From assembly GCA_051859245.1 (NCBI GenBank), contig JBHYGA010000004.1:672001-736000 (forward strand): a DNA stretch of 64,000 nt. Direction: 5' to 3'. The notes under the pieces are model-generated. The model was not told the DNA's origin. It saw only the letters and a list, made by a program, of their open reading frames with translations, and ran no database searches. Origin of the DNA: Gemmatimonadaceae bacterium (GTDB lineage: Bacteria; Gemmatimonadota; Gemmatimonadetes; Gemmatimonadales; Gemmatimonadaceae). Positions 1 through 10,581 of this stretch are shown piece by piece. The translations under genes and the position numbers were made by a program. Position 1 is the first letter of the stretch; the number at the start of each line of letters is the position of its first letter.

Positions 1-2242
1 GCGCGAGAAATACGTCGGCGTTTGCGAGGCACGCTTCGGCGCCGCCATGCACACCGACGCCCACACTCGCCGCGGCAATGGCGGCAGCGTCGTTGACGCC
101 ATCGCCCACCATAACGACGGATTGTCCGGCCGCGCGCAGTGTTTCGACGAGGTGCAGCTTGTCTTCCGGCGACATGGCGCCGTGCACATCACGCGTCTCA
201 AAGCCGAGTGTTTCCCCCACTGCGTGCGCCACGTGTAGCGTGTCGCCCGATGCCATCACGGTCCGCCAGCCGCGAGCGCGAAGATCTGCCAGCACCTCGT
301 GCGCGTCGCTTCTGATGCGATCGCCAATGCCTGCGGCAGCCACCAGAACACCGTCTACGGCGATGTACACGGGCGTCAGTGTACGATCGAGTCCAGCGAG
401 CGCCCGCATGAACTCCGGAGCTCCAGGCGCGGCATGGGCTTGCACAAATGCCGGTGAACCCACAATCACCTCATGCTCGTTCACCACGCCACGAAGGCCG
501 CCACCGCTCACATGCTCTGCTGTGTCGACCACGTGCACGTCATGATCGGGCCAGGCGCGGCGAAATCCGTCGGCAATCGGATGTGATGACCCCGCTTCGA
601 GCGAGAGCACCAGCGACTGCACGGAGGAATCGCCAATCCACTGCGCCAACGTGGTGTGTCCTTCAGTGAGTGTGCCCGTCTTGTCGAGCACCAGCACGCC
701 GGGCTTGGAGAGCACTTCAAGTGCGTCGCCACCTTTCACGAGAATCCCGCCGCGTGCCGCACGGCCAACCGCCACGGTCACCGCAAGCGGTGTGGCGAGC
801 GCGAGCGCGCATGGACACGTCACGACCAGCAGCGCGATCACATCGTCAAGCGCCGTGGCGGAACCGGTTGACAACTTGAACAGGTACACGAGTACTGAGA
901 CCGTCAACACCACGGCCACAAACACTGCCGCCAGGCGATCGGCGGCAATTACAACCGGCGCGCGTCGTTGCGCGGACTGCTCCACCTGTTGCAGCAGGCG
1001 CGCCACTCGACTGCTCTCACCCGACGCGGTCACGCGCACACGCGCCGGCACCGACACGTTCAGCGTACCGGCGAATACCGGGTCGCCGTGTTGCACGCGT
1101 GACGGTCGTGATTCGCCCGTGAGCAACGCCGCGTTCACAGTCGTGCTCTCCGACTCCAGAACGCCGTCTGCCGCAAACGACTCACCGGCGCGAATGTCGA
1201 GCAACATGCCGGGCAACACCGCTTCGGTGGGTAACTCGTGCAGGGTACCATCTGCTGACACGACGCGTGCGGTAGCGGGTGTGAGTGCATACAACAGTTC
1301 TGCTGAATCACTGGCCAGTCGCTGTCCACGCTGCTGGAGAAATCGGCCAACGAGCAGTGCGAACACAAGAATCGCCAGCCCGTCAAAGTAGATGGGACCG
1401 GCGTCGGACACGGTGTTCACCGCGCCGCGCACAAAGCCTGCTGCCAGCGCGATCGCGATGGGTAAATCCATATGCAAGGATCGCGTGCGCAGCGCGGCCC
1501 AGGCGCCCGTAAAGAACACGCGACCGGGCCAGATCAGCGCCGGCAGCGTGAGCGCCATGCTCAGCCAGCGAAAGAATCGCGTGTGTGCCGGATCCATCCA
1601 CGCGATTTCACCGCTGTATAACGCGAGCGCAAAGAGCATCACGTTGCCGGCGATGGCACCCGCCACACCGATGCGCGTGAGCATGCGCCGATCTTCTGCG
1701 CGACGCACGTTGTCTCGCGCGACGCCACGAAACGGATGCGGCGCGTACCCGAGTGCATCGAGTGTGCGGGCAATCTGCGAGAGCGGCGTGGACGCGGCAT
1801 CCCATTCGACCACGGCACGCGCGCGACGTACATCGAGCTCGGCGCGGGCGACGCCTGGTACCAGAATCGGCACGCGCTCAACCAGCCACACACATGACGC
1901 GCAGTGCACGCCTTCGAGATACAGCTCGATGCGGGAGTGACCGTCAGCGGTCGTGCGAACGTGCAAGGCAGCAAAGGCCGGGTGATCGAACTCCTCGTAG
2001 CTTCGTCCGGTGCGATGCACGGGCACGTCGCGCCGGTCGGCAAATCGATAGAACTGTTCAAGGCCATGATCGCGCAGCAGTGCAAACGCTGTGCGGCAGC
2101 CGGCGCAGCAAAACTGTTGCGGCGAATCACGCTCGACAAACGCCGACGGAACGGGCAGTGTGCAGTGCGCACACGCTACATCGGCACTCACCCGATCAAG
2201 CGCACGTGGTACCAACGTCTGCTCAAGCAGTTCAGTGTGCAT
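1..2242 (-). CDS. ccoI: P1B-type Cu-translocating ATPase of the cbb3 maturation cluster (3' end runs off the window)
   Basis: Not in the ORF track because it has no stop in the window; translated by hand from ATG at 2242. Motifs: CAHCTLP..FCCAGC, HMA motif EGVHCASC, LTGES, VTCPCALALATP, LDKTGTLTEG, MVGDGVNDA. Confidence 0.93.
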   Translation of the reverse strand, partial: MHTELLEQTLVPRALDRVSADVACAHCTLPVPSAFVERDSPQQFCCAGCRTAFALLRDHGLEQFYRFADRRDVPVHRTGRSYEEFDHPAFAALHVRTTADGHSRIELYLEGVHCASCVWLVERVPILVPGVARAELDVRRARAVVEWDAASTPLSQIARTLDALGYAPHPFRGVARDNVRRAEDRRMLTRIGVAGAIAGNVMLFALALYSGEIAWMDPAHTRFFRWLSMALTLPALIWPGRVFFTGAWAALRTRSLHMDLPIAIALAAGFVRGAVNTVSDAGPIYFDGLAILVFALLVGRFLQQRGQRLASDSAELLYALTPATARVVSADGTLHELPTEAVLPGMLLDIRAGESFAADGVLESESTTVNAALLTGESRPSRVQHGDPVFAGTLNVSVPARVRVTASGESSRVARLLQQVEQSAQRRAPVVIAADRLAAVFVAVVLTVSVLVYLFKLSTGSATALDDVIALLVVTCPCALALATPLAVTVAVGRAARGGILVKGGDALEVLSKPGVLVLDKTGTLTEGHTTLAQWIGDSSVQSLVLSLEAGSSHPIADGFRRAWPDHDVHVVDTAEHVSGGGLRGVVNEHEVIVGSPAFVQAHAAPGAPEFMRALAGLDRTLTPVYIAVDGVLVAAAGIGDRIRSDAHEVLADLRARGWRTVMASGDTLHVAHAVGETLGFETRDVHGAMSPEDKLHLVETLRAAGQSVVMVGDGVNDAAAIAAASVGVGVHGGAEACLANADVFLA

Positions 2243-3017
2243 GCGGCACGCTCGGCGTCGCGTTGGGCGACGTCGTGAGGGGGTTGTGTGACGCGTGTGC
2301 AGAAATCGCGCCCAGGCGATTACCGAGCGACGCGATGCCAAAGCCGATGACGATCAGCGCGCTCACCACCGGGAGTGAGCGTTGCAAGCGGCCTGATGCG
2401 CGTCGCATTCCAACGGCCACGGCTACAAGTGCCGGCACCGTGCCAATCCAGAAGAGCGTCATGAATGCCGCGCCACGCAGCGCCGATCCTGTGCCGGCGG
2501 CTGTGACCACAAACGCATACAACCAACCGCACGGCATCAGCCCGGTGAGCACACCGAGCAGGGAGGCACGAACAAGTACGGTTCGTTGCTGCACCAGCAG
2601 CAACGCACTGCCAATGACACGAGCCGCGCGTTCGGGCACGGCACCACTCACAAACGCAGGCAGCACACGCACGTTGAACGCCTGTGCGAGCAGCGCGGCG
2701 CCCCAAATCAGCAGCAGCGCGCCCGTAACAACCGACGCGGTCCGCTGCACGCCGCCCAGCGCGCCGAGATCATCGAGTGTGGCGCCTACCGATCCTACCA
2801 GCGCTCCGAGCAATGCATAGGCCGCGAGACGTCCACCATGATACGCGACGTGACCGGTCAGCCTTGGCTTTGACACACTGCGAGACGACGGCGCGCCGCT
2901 GGCGTCGCTGCCGTACAGGCATGCGAACCCGCCGCACATGGCGGCGCAGTGCAAGCTGCCGAGCAGGCTTGCCGTGAGAACGCCAAACGCCAGCGTCGGC
3001 GAGGCGGCAAAGTCCAT
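2232..3017 (-). CDS. DsbD_2 / TauE-SafE-like membrane protein of cco clusters
   Basis: GSLHCAAMCGG and GLMPCGWLY motifs, several TM helices, position in the cco operon. Confidence 0.88.
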   Translation of the reverse strand: MDFAASPTLAFGVLTASLLGSLHCAAMCGGFACLYGSDASGAPSSRSVSKPRLTGHVAYHGGRLAAYALLGALVGSVGATLDDLGALGGVQRTASVVTGALLLIWGAALLAQAFNVRVLPAFVSGAVPERAARVIGSALLLVQQRTVLVRASLLGVLTGLMPCGWLYAFVVTAAGTGSALRGAAFMTLFWIGTVPALVAVAVGMRRASGRLQRSLPVVSALIVIGFGIASLGNRLGAISAHASHNPLTTSPNATPSVPHAH

Positions 3018-3019
3018 GA

Positions 3020-3529
3020 TCAGGGCCCGGCTGGTGTGATCAGGTCGCGTTCCGTATCAATGCGAACCGTTTCCTGAAAGCGATCGGTTTGTCGTTGCGC
3101 TGCGAGGCGAAGTTCCCATATCCCATCGCGTGGCATGGGCACCGTCACCACGTATTGTCCGGCGGCGTTCTCGGTAAACGCGATGCGTTGTACATCGTTG
3201 GCCCGCGCCACGTGCAGCAGCGATCCGGACAGTGAGGCGTTGCGCACGGCGGCGCCGGTGTTGTCGGTGAGCTCGATCGTGAGCGTGCGCGAGCCGGAGT
3301 TCTCCGCTGCGTTCAGTGCTGACACATGCGCGCTGAGACGCCAGTGCAGAGCATCACTTTCGGCCACTCGCTCTTGCGTGGAATCCCAGGCCACGGCTTT
3401 GCGATAGTAGTCCGGCTCCACCGCGAACGAAGGATCGTCGCGCGTGAGCACAATCACGCTGATATTGCTGGCGACGGTGGCCACGAGAATGACCACCACG
3501 CCAATAGGCCAGCCCATTCCTTTCTTCAT
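3020..3529 (-). CDS. ccoH: FixH/CcoH family protein
   Basis: N-terminal TM (WPIGVVVIL), VEPDYYRKAVAWD and GIWELRL motifs; ATG at 3529 overlaps the ccoG stop (ATGA) with GGAG upstream. Confidence 0.85.
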   Translation of the reverse strand: MKKGMGWPIGVVVILVATVASNISVIVLTRDDPSFAVEPDYYRKAVAWDSTQERVAESDALHWRLSAHVSALNAAENSGSRTLTIELTDNTGAAVRNASLSGSLLHVARANDVQRIAFTENAAGQYVVTVPMPRDGIWELRLAAQRQTDRFQETVRIDTERDLITPAGP

Positions 3530-4911
3530 GGTGTTGCTCCTGACGGACCCTGCAAACGCCACAGAATGACATTCGAGAATCGCGCACCGTCTGTAACAGT
3601 GATGGTGATGGCGTGTTCGCCATTCACAAAACGCTCGCGTGGCAGCAATACGAACACCGATGTTTCGCGTGTCACGCCGCCACCAACAAGCAGTGGATTT
3701 TCCGGTGAGATCACGCGACCGCCGGTAACACCGTCGAGCGCAATGGTGTAGCGGGCGTCGTCACTGCCGCGATTGGTGACCTTGATGCGAATCTGATTGG
3801 CGATGCGACCGTCGGCTTCTTCCGAGAAGGGGGCGCCGAGTCCTCGCAATACGGTGACGTCGGCAGATTCCTTGATGGCCATAGCGTAGAGCAGCGCACC
3901 GAGCGAAAGCGAGAGCGCCAGCGGATACAGCACCACGCGCGGCCGCAGGAATCGGCGCGGCTTGCCTGCGAGCGCTTCCTGGGAGGAATAGCGAATGAGT
4001 CCGCGTGGTTTTCCCACCTTGTCCATGATGGAATCGCAGGCGTCGATGCACTGCGTGCAATGCACGCACTCCATCTGCAAACCGTTTCGGATGTCGATGC
4101 CGGTGGGGCAGGTCGTCACGCACGCTTTGCAGTCGATACAGTCGCCAGCGCCGGCAGTGCCTGGCTTGCCGCGCGGTTCACCGCGATTGAAGTCGTACGC
4201 CACAATCACCGACTGGCGATCGAGCAGTACCGACTGCCAGCGACCATACGGGCACGCGATCAGACAGGTCTGTTCGCGAAAGTACGTGAAGTTGTACCAG
4301 ATGGCGATGGTCGTAATCGCCATCACCATGAACGATGTAGGATGCTCAAACGGTGACCGTTGTACCCACACCGCCAACTGTTCCGTGCCCACGAAGTACG
4401 CGAGAAATGTGTGCGCCAGAAACAACGAAAGCGCCGCGTAGATCGCGTACTTGAGCAAACGGCGAGGTCCCCAGAACTTTCCCTCGCGGTCGAGATTGCG
4501 CGAGCCGGTGTATCCGCCCTCGAGCAACCGCTCGATTGGCCGGAAGAGAAACTCCAGATACACCGTTTGCGGACAGCCCCAACCGCACCATACACGTCCA
4601 AACAGTGCGGTGAGCAGGAAGATGCCGATCACGACACTCGCTAACAGCAGCATGAACAGCAGCGTGTCGGTGGGCAGAAATGTGTAGCCCATCAACGTGA
4701 ACTCGCGTTTCGGAAAGCTCATCAGAAACGCAGGCTTTCCGAAAATCCGCACGTGCGGAATGGCGAAGAACACGAACATCAGCGCGTACGCGACGATCCG
4801 ACGACGCTTCAACCACACGCCATCGGACGGACGCGGACGAATCCAGTTGCGCGATCCGTCTTCGTTCAGTGTTGGCAGTACACGGCCAGCGGCGACCGGG
4901 TGACTGCTCAT
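3526..4911 (-). CDS. ccoG: cbb3 accessory protein CcoG/FixG (4Fe-4S)
   Basis: GRVWCGWGCPQT, CLIACPYGRWQ, CIDCKACVTTCPTGIDIR, CVHCTQCIDAC. Confidence 0.96.
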   Translation of the reverse strand: MSSHPVAAGRVLPTLNEDGSRNWIRPRPSDGVWLKRRRIVAYALMFVFFAIPHVRIFGKPAFLMSFPKREFTLMGYTFLPTDTLLFMLLLASVVIGIFLLTALFGRVWCGWGCPQTVYLEFLFRPIERLLEGGYTGSRNLDREGKFWGPRRLLKYAIYAALSLFLAHTFLAYFVGTEQLAVWVQRSPFEHPTSFMVMAITTIAIWYNFTYFREQTCLIACPYGRWQSVLLDRQSVIVAYDFNRGEPRGKPGTAGAGDCIDCKACVTTCPTGIDIRNGLQMECVHCTQCIDACDSIMDKVGKPRGLIRYSSQEALAGKPRRFLRPRVVLYPLALSLSLGALLYAMAIKESADVTVLRGLGAPFSEEADGRIANQIRIKVTNRGSDDARYTIALDGVTGGRVISPENPLLVGGGVTRETSVFVLLPRERFVNGEHAITITVTDGARFSNVILWRLQGPSGATP

Positions 4912-5486
4912 GGCGTGTACGGTTCCCCTTCTGGTGGCTTGGGATTGCTTGGTGATGTGCCGCGCAGCGAGAGGACGTACGCCGTCACCTGCGACATCTG
5001 TTCAGGCGTCAGCGACTTTTCCCACGGTGGCATTCCCTTGGCCAGTACGCCCACTGCAATCGTGTTGTAGACGGAATCCGGTGCACCGCCGTGAATCCAG
5101 TTGGCATCGGTCAGATTCGGGCCGATCAAACCGCCACCATCGGGTCCGTGACATGATGCGCAGTACGATTTGAAGACTTCTTCGCCTTCTTCGACCGCTT
5201 CTTCATCACTCGACATGGCCAACAGCGCGGCCGCTTCCGGACGAGAAGGTGCGGCCGGCTGCAACGCGGCGGCAGCGGCCATTTCTGCCTCGTAGTCGGC
5301 AACGCGACCTTTGCCGTTGCCAACCGGTCCAACGTTGAAGAGATAAACCACCGAGAATATCACGGTGCCTGCAAACGTAAGCAGCCACCAGCGCGGCATG
5401 GGATTGTCGTACTCGCGAATGCCATCGTATTCGTGCTCGAGCAGACGCGGCCCCTCGCCGCCGGATTCATTGGTCGGATCGGCCAT
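4908..5486 (-). CDS. ccoP: cbb3 oxidase subunit III, short monoheme form
   Basis: HEYDGIREYDNPMPRWW N-terminus, one CASCH, GPNLTD..WIHGG, GMPPW. Confidence 0.93.
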   Translation of the reverse strand: MADPTNESGGEGPRLLEHEYDGIREYDNPMPRWWLLTFAGTVIFSVVYLFNVGPVGNGKGRVADYEAEMAAAAALQPAAPSRPEAAALLAMSSDEEAVEEGEEVFKSYCASCHGPDGGGLIGPNLTDANWIHGGAPDSVYNTIAVGVLAKGMPPWEKSLTPEQMSQVTAYVLSLRGTSPSNPKPPEGEPYTP

Positions 5487-5488
5487 GG

Positions 5489-5683
5489 TCAGTCCTTGCG
5501 CGGCACGGCCGCATATGAGGCGTCTTCATCGAGCGGCAAGCGAGCGGCATCCTGCAAGTCCTGCTGACGACCGGGCAAGAAGAGTCGAACGGCCACGGCC
5601 ACGAAGACGATCAGAAAAATCACCATCGCGACTTCGGCATACATCGAGAGATTCGCGTGGCCCATGATGTCGGAGAGCTTCAT
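5489..5683 (-). CDS. ccoQ: cbb3 oxidase small subunit
   Basis: 64 aa, single TM, AARLPLDE tail, lies between ccoO and ccoP. Confidence 0.85.
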   Translation of the reverse strand: MKLSDIMGHANLSMYAEVAMVIFLIVFVAVAVRLFLPGRQQDLQDAARLPLDEDASYAAVPRKD

Positions 5684-7902
5684 CGCCGAACCCCCACCGT
5701 GGTTGGAACGGTCTTGATGTCCATGCCGAGACGTTGCATGTACGCGACCATCGCCACGATCTGTTTATCGGCGAGGTCCGACGGACCGCCCTGACGTTCA
5801 ATCTCCGCCGCGATTTCTGAAGCCTGCGCGCGTGCCATGTCAGGCGCGCGATTCACCGCGTCGCCGTACGGTACGCCGAGCATGGCCATCGCATCAACAC
5901 GCGACTGGATTTGTTCGAAGTCGATCGTTTTGGTGAGGAAATGCGGATACGCCGGCATGATCGAACGCGCCGTGATGCTGGTGGGCTCGTTGAAATGCCG
6001 CACGTGCCACAAATGCGGATACTTGCCGCCAACGCGCGCCAGATCCGGCCCGATGCGACGCGATCCCCACAGGAACGGATGCTCGTACACAGATTCGCCG
6101 GGCTTCGAGTATTCACCAAAGCGTTCTGTTTCGTGGCGGAACGGACGCACCATCTGCGAGTGGCAGTTGAAGCAGCCTTCCGCGATGTACATGTCACGTC
6201 CGGCCAACTCCAGCGGCGTGTAGGGCTTCACGCTGGCAATCGTAGGCACGTTGGACTTGATCAGGAACGTGGGAATGATCTCGAACAGCGATGCCACCAC
6301 AACAGCCACCACCGTGAGCACGGTGAACGTGATGGGCATACGCTCCCACGTGCGATGCCACCCCGCCGCTGCAAAGCGCGCCCACAATCCAGCAGGCCGC
6401 GGCGACGTGACGGCTTCTGGTACATACCGCTTCTCAAGCGCCGGTGCCGTAATCACGGGCACCACGTAGGTCGCGGGGCGACGACGCCACGTCATCAGAA
6501 TGTTCCAACCGAACAGCAGCATGCCGATGATGTACATCGAACCACCAGCCACACGCAGCCAGTACATCGGCAGCAGGCGCACCACCGTTTCTACGAAATC
6601 GGGATACGCGAGGCGGCCCGTGGCATCGAACGCGCGCCACATCAGGCCCTGCGTGACACCGGCACTGTAAATGGCTACGACATAGAGCAGAATGCCGAAC
6701 GACGCAATCCAGAAGTGCAGCTCCATCAGGCGCTTGCTGTACACCGGTGTCTGAAACAGGCGCGGCAGCAACCAGTACACCATGCCGAACGTGAGGAATC
6801 CGTTCCAGCCGAGTGCGCCGGTGTGCACGTGCGCAATGATCCAGTCGGTGTAATGCGCGAGTGAGTTCACACTCTTGATCGACAGCAGCGGTCCTTCAAA
6901 GGTGGACATGCCGTAAGCCGTGATCGCGAGCACGAAGAACTTGAGGATCGGATCATCCGCCACTTTGTGCCAGGCGCCGCGCAGCGTGAGCAGACCATTG
7001 ATCATGCCGCCCCAGCTTGGCGCCCACAGCATCACCGAGAACAACATGCCCACAGTTGACGCCCATTCGGGCAGTGCCGTGTAGTGCAGATGATGCGGAC
7101 CGGCCCAGATGTACAGGAACACCAGTGACCAGAAGTGCAGAATGGACAGCTTGTACGAGAACACCGGCCCGTCAGCCGCTTTGGGCATGAAGTAGTACAT
7201 CAGGCCTAGGAACGGCGTCGTGAGGAAGAACGCGACGGCGTTGTGTCCGTACCACCACTGCATGAAGGCGTCCTGCACACCAGCGTAAATGCTGTAGCTC
7301 TTGAACAACCCCGCCGGCATGGAGAGGTTGTTGAAAATGTGCAGAATCGCCACGGTCACGATGCTGGCGATGTAGAACCAGAGCGCGACGTAGAGATGGC
7401 GCTCGCGTCGCCGCAACATCGTCCCAACAAAGTTGATCGCGAAGCCCACCCACACCACGGCGATCGCAATATCAATCGGCCACTCGAGCTCGGCGTATTC
7501 CTTGGCCTGTGTGAAGCCGAGCGGCAACGTGACCGCGGCCGCCACGATAATGGCTTGCCAGCCCCAGAAATGAAAACGGCTCAAAAAATCCGAAAACATC
7601 CGGGCTTTGAGCAGTCGTTGGGTTGAGTAGTACGCGCCACAGAAGAACGCGTTGCCAGCGAACGCAAAAATCACGGCATTCGTATGCAGCGGTCGCAATC
7701 GACCGAACGAAAGCCATTCGAGTGATGTGTTAAATATTGGGTTCGCGAGCTGCAGGGCGATGATCAACCCCACCAGCATTCCCACAAGGCCCCAGATAAA
7801 GGTGGCCCAGAGGAACTTGCGAACAATATCGTCATCGTAACTGAACGACTCGAGTCGCGCGCCCGCGACCGCTCCCGTCAGCGGGAGAACTGTTGCACTC
7901 AT
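5680..7902 (-). CDS. ccoN: Fused cbb3 oxidase subunits I and II (CcoNO)
   Basis: GRLRPLHTNAVIFAF, QWWYGHNAVAFFLT, WAGPHHLHY and AHVHTGALGW, followed in frame by CcoO motifs EGCFNCHSQMVRP and WGSRRIGPDLAR. Start placed at ATG 7902 behind GAGG. Confidence 0.97.
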   Translation of the reverse strand: MSATVLPLTGAVAGARLESFSYDDDIVRKFLWATFIWGLVGMLVGLIIALQLANPIFNTSLEWLSFGRLRPLHTNAVIFAFAGNAFFCGAYYSTQRLLKARMFSDFLSRFHFWGWQAIIVAAAVTLPLGFTQAKEYAELEWPIDIAIAVVWVGFAINFVGTMLRRRERHLYVALWFYIASIVTVAILHIFNNLSMPAGLFKSYSIYAGVQDAFMQWWYGHNAVAFFLTTPFLGLMYYFMPKAADGPVFSYKLSILHFWSLVFLYIWAGPHHLHYTALPEWASTVGMLFSVMLWAPSWGGMINGLLTLRGAWHKVADDPILKFFVLAITAYGMSTFEGPLLSIKSVNSLAHYTDWIIAHVHTGALGWNGFLTFGMVYWLLPRLFQTPVYSKRLMELHFWIASFGILLYVVAIYSAGVTQGLMWRAFDATGRLAYPDFVETVVRLLPMYWLRVAGGSMYIIGMLLFGWNILMTWRRRPATYVVPVITAPALEKRYVPEAVTSPRPAGLWARFAAAGWHRTWERMPITFTVLTVVAVVVASLFEIIPTFLIKSNVPTIASVKPYTPLELAGRDMYIAEGCFNCHSQMVRPFRHETERFGEYSKPGESVYEHPFLWGSRRIGPDLARVGGKYPHLWHVRHFNEPTSITARSIMPAYPHFLTKTIDFEQIQSRVDAMAMLGVPYGDAVNRAPDMARAQASEIAAEIERQGGPSDLADKQIVAMVAYMQRLGMDIKTVPTTVGVRR

Positions 7903-8057
7903 TAGTAGCCTCAAAGTAGGCCCCGTCCGCCCGCAGGAAGCGGACGGTGGGGGGATACTGGAGAAGCTCGCTCTCAGCGCGTGTTGGCTACAGCAAGAGA
8001 CGCCCTACAGTGCCGTCATATTCACCCGACCATACCGTCAGGCAAACCCCGACGGCT

Positions 8058-9833
8058 CTAGAACACTGGCTCAAGATCGCGCGCGAATGCGTCGATCTCT
8101 GCTGGGATGCGGAACTGACTGACAAGTTCGCGCTGGGAGCGAGCCTGCGCCGTGAGCTCCTGGCTTGCACTCGCCGATTCCTGCGCCGCGGCAGCAGCGG
8201 ATTGCACCGACTCGTTGAGCGAGTGGACCGCACTGCGAATCTGTTCAACGCCAAGTTGCTGATCGTCTGCGGTGGAGGCGAGACGCTCAACAATCGCCGC
8301 CACACTCGCAATCTCTTGCTGCAGCTCATGGAGTCGGGTGCGGACGTCTTCCGAGACACGTGCACTTTCCTGCGCGTGCTGAACGGTGTCTTCAATCAGC
8401 GCAGCAGTTGTTCGCGCGGCATCAGCCGAACGAATCGCCAGCGCACGCACTTCCTCAGCGACGACCGCAAAGCCACGTCCTGCATCACCCGCGCGCGCCG
8501 CTTCGACGGCGGCGTTCAGCGCCAGCAAGTTCGTCTGAAACGCGATTTCATCAATCGTTCGAATGATCTTCGCCGTCGATGTCGCACCGCTTTGCATGGT
8601 GGTCATCGCCTGAATCAGCTGTTGCACGCTGTTCGAGCTCTGCTCGGCGCGCTGCAGCGCGTCGGCGCTGGATGTTCGGGCTTCACGCGCCGCACTGGCT
8701 GATTCACGACTTCCCGACGACAGCGATTCAAGCGACGCGGAGACTTCTTCAAAGGCTGCGGCCTGCTCCGCCGTGCCACGGGCGACAACATCGCTCCCTG
8801 ACGCGATATCGGTTGCGGCTGATTCTACGTGATCGGCCGCTTCTCGCAGTTGATGCATTGTGTGCTGCAACTCACCGAGGGCTTCGTTGAGTGCCGCCCC
8901 CGTGGCGTCATGCTCGCCGCCAAAGCCCGCCTGCACCGTGACGGTGAGATCCTTGTGCTGAAGGCCCTTGATCGACCTGCTAAGCCCGTCGAGGAACCGA
9001 TGCGTAACCGCCGCCGCCGAGGCGTTCTGCGCGCGCAAGCGATCCACCGTCATGCCCGCGTCGTGCAGCGAGCTGCTGATTTCGGCGAAGGCACCGCCCA
9101 GCGAATCGTCTCGATGACTGCGGTTCTCGCGCTGTTCACGAACCGCGAGCGCCATTTCGCGCGCCTGGTCGGTGACCCGCACGACGGCATCACGAACGCG
9201 TCGCATGGCGGCGGCCACACCGTCACCGGCGGGAACCCGCGAAAGATCACCGATGGCCAGCGCTTCCGCGCACTCGAACACGGCCTGCGTGCGCTCGGCT
9301 TCATCCGCGAGCTGTCGGGCGAGAAACACGAGCACGGCAACTTCGAACACCACGAAGGCCGCATGCACCAGCACCCATGTCAATCCGCCGTCGTGATTGA
9401 GCACAAACACCGGCGCGCCGCTGTGCTGCAGCAAATGAAACGCGACGTGATGCACCGCAATGAGCGCCGCCGCCGTGACGGGCACCTTCCAGTCTCTGTA
9501 CGCGAGCACAAAGGCGAGGGACGCAAAAATGTGGAAGTGCAGCTCGATCACGCCGTGCGCTTGATGAATAAACAGCGCGGAGAAGGTCATGAATCCGGCG
9601 CCCATCACATGCCGCGTAATCGCTTCACCGGCGCGGGAGCGCGCGAGCCACCAGGGCACGCCGGCTGCCAGCGCCGAAACGACGATGGCCGTCAGCCAGG
9701 TGCCGTGCCATGCGGCGAGACCGAGCGCCACGGGCACGTGCAGCAGCAGTACGCGCGAGAGCAAGCGATCCGCGCCTCGCCGGCTTTCAGTGAGGAACGA
9801 CGACGGGTGAGCGGTCACGGCGGAACGGAGCAT
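8058..9833 (-). CDS. Methyl-accepting chemotaxis protein with a multi-TM His-rich N-terminal sensor
   Basis: [40 protein letters not shown] signalling tip; about 5-6 N-terminal TM segments. Start codon uncertain. Confidence 0.92.
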   Translation of the reverse strand: MLRSAVTAHPSSFLTESRRGADRLLSRVLLLHVPVALGLAAWHGTWLTAIVVSALAAGVPWWLARSRAGEAITRHVMGAGFMTFSALFIHQAHGVIELHFHIFASLAFVLAYRDWKVPVTAAALIAVHHVAFHLLQHSGAPVFVLNHDGGLTWVLVHAAFVVFEVAVLVFLARQLADEAERTQAVFECAEALAIGDLSRVPAGDGVAAAMRRVRDAVVRVTDQAREMALAVREQRENRSHRDDSLGGAFAEISSSLHDAGMTVDRLRAQNASAAAVTHRFLDGLSRSIKGLQHKDLTVTVQAGFGGEHDATGAALNEALGELQHTMHQLREAADHVESAATDIASGSDVVARGTAEQAAAFEEVSASLESLSSGSRESASAAREARTSSADALQRAEQSSNSVQQLIQAMTTMQSGATSTAKIIRTIDEIAFQTNLLALNAAVEAARAGDAGRGFAVVAEEVRALAIRSADAARTTAALIEDTVQHAQESARVSEDVRTRLHELQQEIASVAAIVERLASTADDQQLGVEQIRSAVHSLNESVQSAAAAAQESASASQELTAQARSQRELVSQFRIPAEIDAFARDLEPVF

Positions 9834-10041
9834 AATTCTGTAGGCAGGGAGAGTTCGCGGTCGCTGACGGCTCTGCGCGGCGAATTGGTCGTTCTGGTGC
9901 CCGGCATCGGGCAGGAGCGCACGCTCCACTGCGTGTAGTCTCGGCGCCTGCGCTCAATTATTGAGGAGCGGTTGAGGTCGGGTGCCCAGTGCGCTCCACC
10001 TTCAATAGATTTGAGCAAAACATCCGATAACCGGAGACGTG

Positions 10042-10560
10042 ATGAGCAAGTCCGCAGAAAATTCCGTCGCCGCCACGTTGGCGCGCGCAACGTCCCGCCG
10101 AGAGTGGCTCACGCAGGCCGGGCTGGCTGTGGCCGGGCTGGTGGCGGCGCCGCACATGGTGCAAGCCATGAGCACGTCGCTCACTCAGGCGCTGCCCACC
10201 ATGACAGTGTTCAAGTCGCCCACCTGCGGCTGTTGCAAGGCCTGGGTCTCGCACGCTGAGAAAGCAGGCTTCAAGTGCACCGTGCGCGACATGGACGACC
10301 TCACGGAGGTGAAGCGCAACTTTGCGATTCCCCGAGCGCTTGAGTCGTGTCACACCGTGCAAGTGGGAACGTATCTGGTCGAGGGACACGTCCCGGCGGA
10401 TCTGGTCATCAAGATGCTGCGTGAGAAGCCGGTGGCGCGCGGCATTGCGGTGCCCGGCATGCCCGTAGGCTCGCCAGGCATGGAAGGCGGCACGCCGGAG
10501 CGGTATCAGGTGCTGCTCTTTGACAAAGCGGGAAACACCACCGTGTACGCGACGCGCTAG
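10042..10560 (+). CDS. DUF411 / CopG-like metal-binding protein with Tat signal
   Basis: SRREWL plus hydrophobic stretch; KSPTCGCC..W..H, SCHT, VEGHVPA, GMPVGSPGME; GGAG before the ATG. Confidence 0.9.
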   Translation: MSKSAENSVAATLARATSRREWLTQAGLAVAGLVAAPHMVQAMSTSLTQALPTMTVFKSPTCGCCKAWVSHAEKAGFKCTVRDMDDLTEVKRNFAIPRALESCHTVQVGTYLVEGHVPADLVIKMLREKPVARGIAVPGMPVGSPGMEGGTPERYQVLLFDKAGNTTVYATR

Positions 10561-10581
10561 CGAACTCTGTGCATTCGACCG

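Noticed and set aside
47..2820. Several plus-strand ORFs (651..1391, 1392..1940, 1753..2820)
   Set aside because: Shadows of ccoI and the DsbD2-like gene on the minus strand, which carry full motif sets.
7903..8057. FNR box upstream of ccoNO
   Set aside because: No TTGAT-N4-ATCAA match; only short GC hairpins (CCGTCCGC/GCGGACGG, CCGTC/GACGG) of unclear role.
7947..9938. Plus-strand ORFs 7947..8702 and 8829..9938
   Set aside because: Antisense to the MCP; Arg/His-rich with no recognisable domain.
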